DNA of 64,000 nt from positions 256,001 to 320,000 of the forward strand of contig CAWJYV010000001.1 of NCBI GenBank assembly GCA_963847185.1. The letters run 5' to 3'. The number at the start of each line of letters is the position of its first letter. Position 1 is the stretch's first letter. Under the pieces are notes generated by a model, which was given only the letters and a program-made list of their open reading frames with translations, was not told the origin of the DNA and did no database searches. Shown here in pieces: positions 52,294 to 62,278 of the stretch. The DNA comes from an uncultured Methanosarcinaceae archaeon. Its GTDB lineage: Archaea; Halobacteriota; Methanosarcinia; Methanosarcinales; Methanosarcinaceae. Made by a program: the position numbers and the translations under genes.

Positions 52294-52788
52294 ATTTATT
52301 AGTTAATTTCATCTTGCAAAACTTAGATTCTTCATGATCCCGAGTGAATGACTCAACTTCATGTTCGGCAGTGTAGCGAATTTGCTGTAAATTTGAAGTC
52401 AATTTTTTGTGTAAGATGAGGACAATTGATCTTCGGATATGTAATTTTCTACTCAACAACTTTTTGAAATTTGTGATTTTACAGAAAAATCTACACAATG
52501 CCTCATGTTCTAAATATTTCGATATAGAAATATTTGAGAACATTTAATATGAGAACCCATTTTCAAGCATTATATTTTCTCTTTGGCTTTGTCAATTATT
52601 AAAGGAGAGTCATTTCAATTTACAAAGAAGAGTGAAGATTCATTCTTTGTTTTAGGACAAATAAAGCTTATTTTTTCTGAGTTTTGAGTTTAAAATGTAT
52701 TTTTGCAGAAAATACCATTTTATGCGCTTAATATGGAAATAACTGATTTTATCCCTATTTGTAAACCAATTTGAAGGATGGATTAATT

Positions 52789-53187
52789 ATGGGGCAACCA
52801 GCAGCTAAACAGGGAGATCAGATCATGGCAACAGATATCCATATAATTATGATACCTGCAGCTCCAGCGCCGCCGATCCCAACGCCTTTACCCCACCCTT
52901 TTATGGGTATAATAAACGGAAACCTCAGCTCTGATGTGAAAATAATGGGGATGCCTGCGGCTACTGTTGATTCTACAGCAACGAACACACCACCCCATAT
53001 TCCTCAAGGTGGGCCTTTTCAGAAACCGCCATCTAACAAGGCCACGATAAAGCTGGGAAGCACTACAGTGAAGATAAATGGAAAAATGGCAGCAAGAAAC
53101 GGAGATATGGCTATGACATGTAATGACCCATCGGATATGCCTGCTGGAACCGTAGTGGCAGTCGGCACGGTCTTAATAGGGGGATGA
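52789..53187 (+). CDS. PAAR-domain spike tip protein
   Basis: MGQPAAKQGD, GMPAATVDS, GKMAARNGD, GSTTVKING, TVLIGG. Confidence 0.92.
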   Translation: MGQPAAKQGDQIMATDIHIIMIPAAPAPPIPTPLPHPFMGIINGNLSSDVKIMGMPAATVDSTATNTPPHIPQGGPFQKPPSNKATIKLGSTTVKINGKMAARNGDMAMTCNDPSDMPAGTVVAVGTVLIGG

Positions 53188-53188
53188 A

Positions 53189-53587
53189 ATGGAGATCACT
53201 GATTTTTTAGGCAGTGGGTGGAAGTATCCGATATCTATTAAGAATGGCAAGATAGTTCCATCTGTAGGAGAAGATTCCATCAGAGAATCGGTTATAATTA
53301 TTATCACTACGGCAAAAGGCGAACGCGCCATGAGGCCTGATTTTGGCTGCGAGATCAATGAACTTGTTTTTGCACAGAACAACACTTCAACGGCAGGGCT
53401 AATACAGTTTTACGTAAAAGAGGCACTGTTGAAATGGGAGCCCAGGATTGAAGTACTTGATGTATCTGTAATCCATGATGAAGATGAAAGAGACAAACTC
53501 TTCATAAATATTGAGTATATGGTAAAAACTACAAACACGAAGGATAACCTGGTTTATCCCTTTTATCTTGACAAAGGTGGGGTCTAA
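53189..53587 (+). CDS. gp25/GPW-like baseplate protein (Afp9-like)
   Basis: FLGSGWKYP...IRESV.II..T.KGERAMRPDFGC...WEPRIEV...NLVYPFY. Confidence 0.95.
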   Translation: MEITDFLGSGWKYPISIKNGKIVPSVGEDSIRESVIIIITTAKGERAMRPDFGCEINELVFAQNNTSTAGLIQFYVKEALLKWEPRIEVLDVSVIHDEDERDKLFINIEYMVKTTNTKDNLVYPFYLDKGGV

Positions 53588-56500
53588 TGCCAGTTGATGC
53601 GCCGAAAATCTATCCAATGGATAAAGTAAAACTTGTAGAGCAGATTCAGAAACTGGCCTTTGAGTATTGCTCATCCGAGTGTCTTCCTGAAGCCTGGAAA
53701 GATCTTTCATCCATTCAGTCAGATGAGAAGGCAGATGCCTTAATAAACATCTTTGCCAGGATGATGGAGATTATTATTCATAGATTAAATAAGGTGCCGG
53801 ATAAAAATTTTCTGACTTTTCTGGATCTTATCGGAGTAAGCCTTTCCCCACCCAGGTCTGCACGCGTCCCTCTTACTTTTACAATGGCCAGTGGGGCAAA
53901 TAAGTATGGTTTAATTCCTGCATGGACCCAGGTTGCTACAGCAGAAACTGCAGGACAGGAAGCTGTTGTTTTTGAGACAGAAAAAGCCCTGACGGTTATT
54001 TTACCAAAGCTTGTCAAAGCTGTCAGTCTTTCTCCTGCTGATGACAAATGGACTGACAATAGTCAGGTCTTGTTTAACAATACTGGAGAAGTAATTGAAC
54101 TTTTCAGAGGAAAAAACCTGATATCTCATCGTTTATATCTTGGTCAAAGCAAGCTTTTCAGTTTTAAAGAAGAGACAGCTATTACTCTAGATCTAGATAT
54201 AAAGATCCCTACTGGTTTCCAGGAACTGGATAAATGGCAGGTAAAATGGTATTATTTTGATGAAAAATCAGTGCCAAAGATCTTGGATATCGAAAAAACT
54301 GAGCCTTCAGATCAAAATGTGATTGACTGGGAAGTTGTTAATCTATTAAAAAGTGGATCTATCACTTTCAAACCTGTTGCTGGAATTTCAGAAAAGACAT
54401 TATCTGGAATTGAAAAAGAAAAAAATCAAAAAAATAACTGGGTCAATAATTGGATATTTGCAGAATTGAGCACCCCCATTCCTGCAGAAAATTTGCCGAC
54501 AATCGATACTGTCAATGCAACTGTGAATATCAGTTCTAAATCGTCTATAGTTCCAGATCTAGCCTTTTTCAATAATTTTCCTCTTGATTTGAGCAAGGAT
54601 TTTTATCCTTATGGAGAACGACCTAAATTCAATGATACTTTTTACATCGGCTCAAAAGAGGCCTTTTCTAAAAAGGATGCAGCAATAAGTATGATCGTAA
54701 CTCTTTCCACGGGAGTGGATGCACCGCTGGCAAGTGAAAAGAGAAAAATCTGCTGGGAATCATGGAACGGAAGCGATTGGGAAACAGTTAGCGTTAAAAC
54801 AAAAGATGATCCGCCTATAGTGAATTACGATTTTGCGGGTAAAAAAGGCGAAAAGAAGATAGTGACTTTCACATGCCCTAATATCGAGGAAAAAGAGATC
54901 AACGGAGAAAAAAGCCGCTGGATTCGCGTACGCATTAGTGAAGGGGATTATGGCCAGGAAGCCAGATATGAAGAGGCACCGACATTTAAAGGTTCAGGAA
55001 CAATTAGCTACAGTAAAGAGATTGCTATCAGTGGCAAAGAAACGCACTTTCTAAGAGAAATCAGAATAGGTGACTCTATTGTCGTAATAAAAAGTCAGAT
55101 AGGAACTCAAACCAGAACAGTTACTTCAATTGCTTCAGATAATTCTCTCACCATTGATTCGCCTTTTAGCGATATTAATGAAACGGAGTTTTATATTAAA
55201 AAAATCGGATGGACGTACATACCTGCAACTTATAAGCCTCCGTCCATAAGCGAACTGACTCTGCAATACAGTTTTAGTTCTAAGGATATTCCTGAGATCA
55301 TTCTAACATATAACAATTTCGCCTATCATGACGAAACTAAAAAACCCTTCACTCCATTCCAGCCAGTAGCAGATACTCAGCCAGCTCTTTATCTTGCTTT
55401 TGACCAGGATATTTCTACTCTGCCCGTAACTATTTTCTTCCCCTTGATTAGAAAGACCATTAGTACAAAAAAAGCACCGGTTCCGTTAAATGGTACAGGA
55501 ACGATATCAAGTAACAATATAACATTAACAGGTACAGGAACAAACTTTAAGGAGAAATTTAAAGTTGGAGATTCCATAGCAGCAACAGGTCAAGTGAGAA
55601 CAGTTATATTCATTAGTTCAGACATTTCTCTTAACGTCGATTCTCCTTTTAATCCTGCACTCCAGGTAGGGACAAAATTCTCCTATACATCCTCACATGA
55701 AGAAGTCCAGAATATTCCCTTCCTAATCTGGCAATACTGGACAGGCAAGGAATGGAATAAACTGAAGATTGAAGATAGTACAAATAACCTGACAAAAAGA
55801 GAATTGATTCAATTTCTTGCCCCTGCAGATGTTGTAAAGAGATCCTGTTTCGGTTTTGAATTAGAACACTACTGGATACGAGTGGTTATTGAAAAAGGGA
55901 ATTATGACGATTTTCCGATCATTAAGGCGATATATACCAACACCGTCTGGGCACATAATATGGTCACAGTAAAAGATGAGATACTGGGCTTTAGTAACGG
56001 AAAACCAGATCAAACATTCAGTTTCTCCCAATCTCCAATATTGAGAGGGCAAAAAGTCCTGGTAAGAGAATTATCTCTCTCTGAAGAAGGTAAGAGGACC
56101 ATAATTTCCGAAGAAGGAGACGATGCCATTGAGGAAATTACTGATGAAGCTGGCGATATTACCGGTTCCTGGGTACGCTGGCATGAAGTGAAGAACTTTT
56201 ATTTCTCAAAGCCTAACAGCCGGCATTATATAATAGACCTTAACAACGGAAACATAACCTTTGGGAATGGGGAAAGAGGTATGATCCCTCCAGCAGGGAA
56301 GAATAATATCAAATGCAGCTACCAAGCCGGAGGTGGTGTGAAAGGAAATGTTCAGGCAGGCACTATAACTAAGCTAAGAACAACATTTCCCTATATTGAT
56401 TCAGTAACCAATCATGAAACTGCCTCTGGCGGAGACGATAAAGAGAATCTTGACAGGGTTCGGGAGCGTGGGCCACAAACTCTTAAACATCGCGACAGAG

Positions 56501-57561
56501 CTGTCACCTACGAAGATTTTGAGTGGTTAGTTAGGGAGGCATCATCAGGAGTGGCAAAGGTGAAATGCCTGCCCACCAGAGACACCCACCTGCAGCTAAA
56601 ACCAGGATGGGTTACCTTGATAATGGTTCCTGAAAGCGATGACCCCAAACCTCTTCCAGATCAGCAATTAGTAAATGAAATCGAAACATATCTTTTTGAG
56701 AGGACTTCTTCGTACCTTACAACCTATCCATCTCAAATTAATCTGATTGGTCCGGGATACATTCAAGTATGGGTTGACGCTTGTGTACATTTTACATCAA
56801 TTACTGAGGCAAAGTCTATAGAGAGAAGGATTCTCGATAACCTTCAGCAGTTTTTCCACCCACTGCACGGAGGCCCGGAGAAAAATGGCTGGGATTTTGG
56901 CAGGAATGTGTATATCTCAGAAGTTTACGAACTCATAGAAAATACAGAAGGAGTTGACTATGTTGATGATCTTATCCTTGGAGCTGCAATCCAGATATAC
57001 AAATTAGAATCAGTAGCCGGTACAACCCTTAAAGCTTCATATCCAGAGCACAGCACTGTGGATTTAGAGAATGGCAAGATAATTTTCTTACTTGCTGAAA
57101 CACTTCCGGAAAAAGTAGAAATCGATGAATTCTATGTTGTGGGATTTAAGGAAGGGGATCAGGTTAAGATAAGCGACAAAAATGAGAATTACATTTCGAC
57201 CTTTATAGTAAAGTCAGTTTTAAATTATATACTGGAATGTGAGACGGAGGTGGAGGTATCTATTCCAGCGGGCAGTATTGTGGAAACGTCTGGTGGCATC
57301 AGATCTTATACCAAAGCTGATAGTGTTCAAAAACTTGATCAAAGCAACAGCATCAGTTTAACTGTTGCCATTCCCTGTGAAATATCATCGGATACTGAGA
57401 TTACGCTTAAGCACAGGGACAATCAAACAATAAATGCTCCCTTGAATATAAATAAAATCACGACAAAGATTGACACCATTTTTATCGAAGAGAATTACCT
57501 GGTTTACTCTGGCACCCATACTATCAACAAATTAGATAGAACTCATCCTTGTGATGAATGA
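53587..57561 (+). CDS. Large baseplate J-like wedge protein (Afp11/12-like)
   Basis: RLNKVPDKNFLTFL, VFETE, F.PYGERP, SNGKPDQTF, FGNGERGMIP, GGG..GN, RDRAVTYEDFE, HPLHGG...GWDFGR, GVDYV. Confidence 0.93.
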   Translation: MPVDAPKIYPMDKVKLVEQIQKLAFEYCSSECLPEAWKDLSSIQSDEKADALINIFARMMEIIIHRLNKVPDKNFLTFLDLIGVSLSPPRSARVPLTFTMASGANKYGLIPAWTQVATAETAGQEAVVFETEKALTVILPKLVKAVSLSPADDKWTDNSQVLFNNTGEVIELFRGKNLISHRLYLGQSKLFSFKEETAITLDLDIKIPTGFQELDKWQVKWYYFDEKSVPKILDIEKTEPSDQNVIDWEVVNLLKSGSITFKPVAGISEKTLSGIEKEKNQKNNWVNNWIFAELSTPIPAENLPTIDTVNATVNISSKSSIVPDLAFFNNFPLDLSKDFYPYGERPKFNDTFYIGSKEAFSKKDAAISMIVTLSTGVDAPLASEKRKICWESWNGSDWETVSVKTKDDPPIVNYDFAGKKGEKKIVTFTCPNIEEKEINGEKSRWIRVRISEGDYGQEARYEEAPTFKGSGTISYSKEIAISGKETHFLREIRIGDSIVVIKSQIGTQTRTVTSIASDNSLTIDSPFSDINETEFYIKKIGWTYIPATYKPPSISELTLQYSFSSKDIPEIILTYNNFAYHDETKKPFTPFQPVADTQPALYLAFDQDISTLPVTIFFPLIRKTISTKKAPVPLNGTGTISSNNITLTGTGTNFKEKFKVGDSIAATGQVRTVIFISSDISLNVDSPFNPALQVGTKFSYTSSHEEVQNIPFLIWQYWTGKEWNKLKIEDSTNNLTKRELIQFLAPADVVKRSCFGFELEHYWIRVVIEKGNYDDFPIIKAIYTNTVWAHNMVTVKDEILGFSNGKPDQTFSFSQSPILRGQKVLVRELSLSEEGKRTIISEEGDDAIEEITDEAGDITGSWVRWHEVKNFYFSKPNSRHYIIDLNNGNITFGNGERGMIPPAGKNNIKCSYQAGGGVKGNVQAGTITKLRTTFPYIDSVTNHETASGGDDKENLDRVRERGPQTLKHRDRAVTYEDFEWLVREASSGVAKVKCLPTRDTHLQLKPGWVTLIMVPESDDPKPLPDQQLVNEIETYLFERTSSYLTTYPSQINLIGPGYIQVWVDACVHFTSITEAKSIERRILDNLQQFFHPLHGGPEKNGWDFGRNVYISEVYELIENTEGVDYVDDLILGAAIQIYKLESVAGTTLKASYPEHSTVDLENGKIIFLLAETLPEKVEIDEFYVVGFKEGDQVKISDKNENYISTFIVKSVLNYILECETEVEVSIPAGSIVETSGGIRSYTKADSVQKLDQSNSISLTVAIPCEISSDTEITLKHRDNQTINAPLNINKITTKIDTIFIEENYLVYSGTHTINKLDRTHPCDE

Positions 57562-57839
57562 AAACAATATGTGTGTTCTCTTCAAAGTAAGCAAGATTTA
57601 GAAGGCAGAGCCAAGATTCAACATATTGGATCAAAATTCAAATTTTTTTATTTATGTAATTTTTGAATAATTCCTAATAATTTCACTTTTGAGTTTTGCA
57701 TGGATGGCCATTTCATCATATCTTCAAAGTATTCTAATTTTTAAGATCTACTTCCATTGTAGTATAGAGCGTTTTCTGCTTATTGTTTCAGGTTCAACTG
57801 CCCAAGTATACAAGAAAAATAAACTTATAAGAGGTAAAA

Positions 57840-58934
57840 ATGTCATTGCCAATACCAAACCTTGATGATAGAAGTTTTGATGATCTGATAAAAGAGGCAA
57901 AGGCACTTATTCCGACATATAACAAAGAATGGACAAATTTTAATCCTTCAGACCCCGGCATAACTCTTCTGGAACTTTTTTCTTGGCTTAGTGAGATGGT
58001 AATTTATCGGATTAACCAGGTTCCTGAAGAGAATTATAGGAAATTCCTAAAATTATTAGGTATCGAATCTACCATGACCGGTTCAGGAACAATTTCAAGC
58101 ACAGGAAAAATTGTAACCGGAGATGGGACGATTTTTAACAGTGAATTGGAAACCGGTGATTCGATTACAATCAATGATCAAACAAGGACAATCATGACAA
58201 TTAATTCAGATACATCCCTTACTGTTGACTCGATATTTAATCCGGAACTGCCCGCAGGAACAAAGTTTCGCTACTCTTACAAGAGCATTGATTCAGGCAT
58301 TCGTAAGGGATTAAACTCACTTTCCAAGCGCTATAGGGCGATTACAGTAGAGGATTATGAGTATCTGGCAAAGGAATGTATGGAGATTTTACAGAAAGGA
58401 CTTGCAGGTAGAGCAATTTGTGTGAATAATCGGGATCTGGAATACAAAAAGGAAGAGGAAGATCTCCAGCCAGGATATGTCTCGGTAATCATTATCCCCA
58501 GATGTGAAGAAAATCTTGGCTACTGTAACAATGGCTTGCCAACTGATGATCTACGAAAAAAAGTCAAAGATTACCTGGATGCCAGAAAATTAGTTACTAC
58601 AAGGCTCCGTGTGGTAGGACCTGATTATCAGGATGTAGCTGTGAAAGTGTGGATGTCACTGAAAGAAAATACATTGAAAGAAAACGTGAAAAAAGAAACA
58701 ATAGACTATATCAAAAAATATTTGGACTCTATTGAAGGAGGGAAAGAAGGTAAAGGATGGATGCTGGGAAGGCCAATTTACCGCTCGGAAATATTCCAGC
58801 TTCTCGAAGGGATTAAAGGTGTTGATCATGTGGCGAAGGTGGAAATTAATGGGTCAAATAAGAATCTCATGATAAAAAGCTATCAGCTTATTCGATTAAA
58901 GGAGGACGAAGGCATAGAAGTAGCAATTCAATAA
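57840..58934 (+). CDS. Short baseplate J/gp47-like protein
   Basis: PNLDDRSFDDL...WTNFNPSDPGITLLELF...YRINQVP; RAITVEDYE; GW.LGR; GVDHV. Confidence 0.92.
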   Translation: MSLPIPNLDDRSFDDLIKEAKALIPTYNKEWTNFNPSDPGITLLELFSWLSEMVIYRINQVPEENYRKFLKLLGIESTMTGSGTISSTGKIVTGDGTIFNSELETGDSITINDQTRTIMTINSDTSLTVDSIFNPELPAGTKFRYSYKSIDSGIRKGLNSLSKRYRAITVEDYEYLAKECMEILQKGLAGRAICVNNRDLEYKKEEEDLQPGYVSVIIIPRCEENLGYCNNGLPTDDLRKKVKDYLDARKLVTTRLRVVGPDYQDVAVKVWMSLKENTLKENVKKETIDYIKKYLDSIEGGKEGKGWMLGRPIYRSEIFQLLEGIKGVDHVAKVEINGSNKNLMIKSYQLIRLKEDEGIEVAIQ

Positions 58935-58950
58935 CAATAGAGGGTAAAAA

Positions 58951-59667
58951 ATGAGTATCAATGAAGAAGAAAGCAAATATCTTCAGTATCTGCCATCCAT
59001 ATATCAGGCAAAAGAGAATACCCCAACTTTTCTAGGACAATTTTTGAAAGCCTTTGAGAAAATATTATCAGGAATAGATGACGGGGTGAAGGTGGAGGCG
59101 CTTATAGACGGTCGGCCAGTGGAAGTAAAGGGAATCGAGAAAACACTGGATAATATACATGATATATTTGATCCTTATACTTATAAAAATATATTTGGCT
59201 CTGGCACAGACAATGCTGATTTTCTCCAATGGCTGGCAGGATGGGTGGCACTTTCCCTTAAAGAGGAAAGCTGGAGTGAACTAAAGAAACAGGAGCTTAT
59301 AGCTAAGATTGTACCCCTGTACCAGAAAAGAGGTACTAAGGAAGGACTTGAGGAATATTTGAGGATATACGTAGGTGCAGGGGTAAGAATTATTGAAGAG
59401 ATTGGTCCATTTCAGATAGGGGTCAGTTCCAAGGTTGGTGTGGATACTGTAGTTGACGGATTACACCTGTATTTCTTTATTGTTGATGTTCCCTTTTCAA
59501 CACATAATCCCCAGAAGAGAGGGGAGATCGAGAATTCTATCAGACAGATAATTGATATTGAGAAACCTGCACACACATATTATCAGATAAATTTCAACTT
59601 ATCAACAATGCAAGTCGGTTACGCACAAGTTGAAGAAAGCACTCTGTTATGGGATAGGCAGAATTGA
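58951..59667 (+). CDS. Phage P2 gpI-like tail/baseplate protein
   Basis: YLQYLPSIYQ...FL.AFE...FLQWLAGWV...LYQKRGT.EGL...EKPAHT. Confidence 0.9.
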   Translation: MSINEEESKYLQYLPSIYQAKENTPTFLGQFLKAFEKILSGIDDGVKVEALIDGRPVEVKGIEKTLDNIHDIFDPYTYKNIFGSGTDNADFLQWLAGWVALSLKEESWSELKKQELIAKIVPLYQKRGTKEGLEEYLRIYVGAGVRIIEEIGPFQIGVSSKVGVDTVVDGLHLYFFIVDVPFSTHNPQKRGEIENSIRQIIDIEKPAHTYYQINFNLSTMQVGYAQVEESTLLWDRQN

Positions 59668-59681
59668 AAGGAGGAAGAAAT

Positions 59682-61181
59682 GTGGGTATAAAAAGGATAA
59701 ATTATTTTAAAGGTGAGTTTTTAACAGCAGAAGATTTTATAGACGAGCAGCAATACCATATTGAGATGCTCAGAGAGCATAATAAAAACCTGCACGCATG
59801 GGGAATTGCTGAAGGCCTCGATGTGCCCAATAATACCGGTGGAAAAACCGTAAAAATCGAAAGCGGTATGGCAATTGATTCGCAGGGATGCCAAATTATA
59901 CTTATAGATAGTGTTGATAAACCAATACCTGATACGACCGCAAAAGAACTTTATTTAACTATATCTTATTATGACAAAGAATTAACCGACCCAAGAGATG
60001 ATAACACTGGAGCAGGTTTCCAAAATACCAGAATTGAAGAGAAACCTTTAATAGAATTTTTCGAAAATAGTAATTTCGATACATCTTTGAAACTCATCCT
60101 TGCCAAATTGACTTTAGATGATCAAAAAAAAATATCCAAGGTAGATAAAAGCGGAAGGCAGCGTGCCGGAGTAAAGGGCGATCTGGCAGCTGGCAGTATA
60201 GCCTTATCAGTAGACAATGTAGCTTCCGACCAATGGCCGAGATTAAAAGGAATCGATGCGAATAAACTTGAGATAGGTGCCAAAAGTGGGCTTCAGATCA
60301 ATTCGGAAAAGACCAGTTTGAACGGATTGCTTATAGTGAATGACAAAGTAGGCATAGGCACCACTACAACATTATCAGAAAAGCTGGAAGTGAATGGAAA
60401 AGTAAAAGCTACCGCATTTATGGGTGATGGCTCCTTAATTACTGCTCTTAATGGTACACAGATTACTAACGGAATTGTTGCTGATGCTCGGATTCCGGCC
60501 ACGATTATAAGGGAAAACCGTTTTGATCCTGCTTCGGGACATAAACATACAGGCGTTGCAGGCGATGGGCCCATAATCCAGCACAGCAGCCTTGGCAATA
60601 TTCTTGCAGTCAACCCAACCTCAACTGATGCCGCTTTAACAAAGCATGTCAGCGATGCACTAGCTAAAAGCTGGCAAGACCATATTAGAACATCGGGAAA
60701 TCCACATGGGACGACTACAGCGCAGTTAGGCGACTATTTTGCTAAAAGAGGCACGGCTTATCTTACTTTTTCTAATTCTGATGCCAATGGGGCAACAAAA
60801 ACAGCAAACTTAGGGTTTATACCCAAGCTGATACTGATTGGAGGAGGATTATATACAAATCTTGGAGGGACAGTACTCGGAAGTTCGTTTTCAGGCTTCT
60901 GGTGTTCCAATGCAGCCGTCAGTTCAGCTCCATACATCATTAAAAGCTCCTCCACATATATACAAAATTATAGCGCTTATTCATCTAGTCCATTTTATAT
61001 TTATATTTATTACAATGATACTAGTACTGGAATGACAAAACCAAAAGCTGAGACTGTTTATGGTGCTATTAGTTTTTCGGCAGAGGGGATTATGACAGTG
61101 ACATTAAATAGAACTATAAACAACAACTGTGATCCTCTGGACTCTTTTACTATTTATCTGGCGTTACTTGGTATTAGTTAA
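59682..61181 (+). CDS. eCIS tail fibre 1 (Afp13-like) with N-terminal baseplate anchor
   Basis: KRINYFKGEFLTAEDFIDEQQYH...GIAEGL.V...GMAIDSQG; VGIGT...LEVNG repeat; GHKH and NPH His motifs; GTG start with AGGAGG SD. Confidence 0.88.
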   Translation: MGIKRINYFKGEFLTAEDFIDEQQYHIEMLREHNKNLHAWGIAEGLDVPNNTGGKTVKIESGMAIDSQGCQIILIDSVDKPIPDTTAKELYLTISYYDKELTDPRDDNTGAGFQNTRIEEKPLIEFFENSNFDTSLKLILAKLTLDDQKKISKVDKSGRQRAGVKGDLAAGSIALSVDNVASDQWPRLKGIDANKLEIGAKSGLQINSEKTSLNGLLIVNDKVGIGTTTTLSEKLEVNGKVKATAFMGDGSLITALNGTQITNGIVADARIPATIIRENRFDPASGHKHTGVAGDGPIIQHSSLGNILAVNPTSTDAALTKHVSDALAKSWQDHIRTSGNPHGTTTAQLGDYFAKRGTAYLTFSNSDANGATKTANLGFIPKLILIGGGLYTNLGGTVLGSSFSGFWCSNAAVSSAPYIIKSSSTYIQNYSAYSSSPFYIYIYYNDTSTGMTKPKAETVYGAISFSAEGIMTVTLNRTINNNCDPLDSFTIYLALLGIS

Positions 61182-61238
61182 TTAACTTACAAAGTTATAA
61201 AATAAAGATAATAATATTTGAATATATTTGGAGGAAAC

Positions 61239-61844
61239 ATGTGGATAGTTTACCAAAAAAATGATCAGAAGATAGTAGGCATGAGCGCATTCAGTAGCGG
61301 ACCGGATCTTGAAAAGAATTTTGCTCTTGAAGAGGTAGTTAATGGTCTCATAGATCATGATTCACCTGATGAATATGATGCAATTCAAGTCACAGACCCT
61401 GAGCAGGCGTTCAAATTCATGATCTCCCCACCTGACAGACTAATCGTTGAGGAAAAAAATGAAGGCAGGCTAGATCTTACCATTCAAGAGCCGAAGGTAT
61501 CTTTTCTGATGCTTCAAAGTGATGCGCCTGATGTGCATGCGGTTGACGGCATTTCTGAGATTACTGCTGACGGGGAGTCATTTACCACGATCACCATGCA
61601 AAAAGTCGATGAGCTTGGGGTGCCTAAACAGGAAAAGAATGACAATGATCTGCTTTACCTTCGTACGGATTATGGAACGTTAAAAAGTGTTGATGGAAAA
61701 GAAGATATAAGTTCAATAAATCTAAATCAAGGAAAAGCTGCTTTTCGACTGGTCTCGGAAAAGGCAAAACGTGTTGCAACTGTAAAGATTTTCAATGCCG
61801 ATGCAGACTTCATAGATACCAGCATACAAATCGAATTTATCTGA
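61239..61844 (+). CDS. Hypothetical eCIS fibre-associated protein (Ig-like C-terminus suspected)
   Basis: ATG with GGAGG SD; C-terminal ITADGESFTTIT...GKAAFRL...ATVK resembles Big_1-type Ig strands. Confidence 0.65.
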   Translation: MWIVYQKNDQKIVGMSAFSSGPDLEKNFALEEVVNGLIDHDSPDEYDAIQVTDPEQAFKFMISPPDRLIVEEKNEGRLDLTIQEPKVSFLMLQSDAPDVHAVDGISEITADGESFTTITMQKVDELGVPKQEKNDNDLLYLRTDYGTLKSVDGKEDISSINLNQGKAAFRLVSEKAKRVATVKIFNADADFIDTSIQIEFI

Positions 61845-62278
61845 GTTATTTAAAAAGCTTATATAGATTCTTTGTAACTATTCAGTCCGATAAAAACAAC
61901 ATCAGTGGTATTTTGGTTAAGTTAATTGGACAAGTTTTTTGAGTTCATTTTCTTTAATTGTTGGCTATATATTGTGTTTCTCCATTTTTAAACGGGTTGG
62001 CAATTATATACGTTCGAGATTCTATCATTAAACCTGAAATTGAAAAACGAAATAAGATTCTATAAAACAGATAGTTTTAATTTTTTTCAAAAATCAAGAT
62101 TTAGTCCTCTTTTATTGATATCAGAGACAAATCTTACTAATTTTTTTAAATTTTTGATTTTAAGAGCTATTTTTGAAGATTAAGCTTTAATTGTGTGATA
62201 ATAATTGAAAATAAGTTATCTTAAATCTTAATTTGTAAATTGATTCTGGACGATTCTAACAGCAAATGGAGGTATTGA

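Noticed and set aside
52241-52543. 100-aa minus-strand ORF in the eCIS gap
   Set aside because: It runs into a MITE, is opposite to the operon and has no motif; likely spurious.
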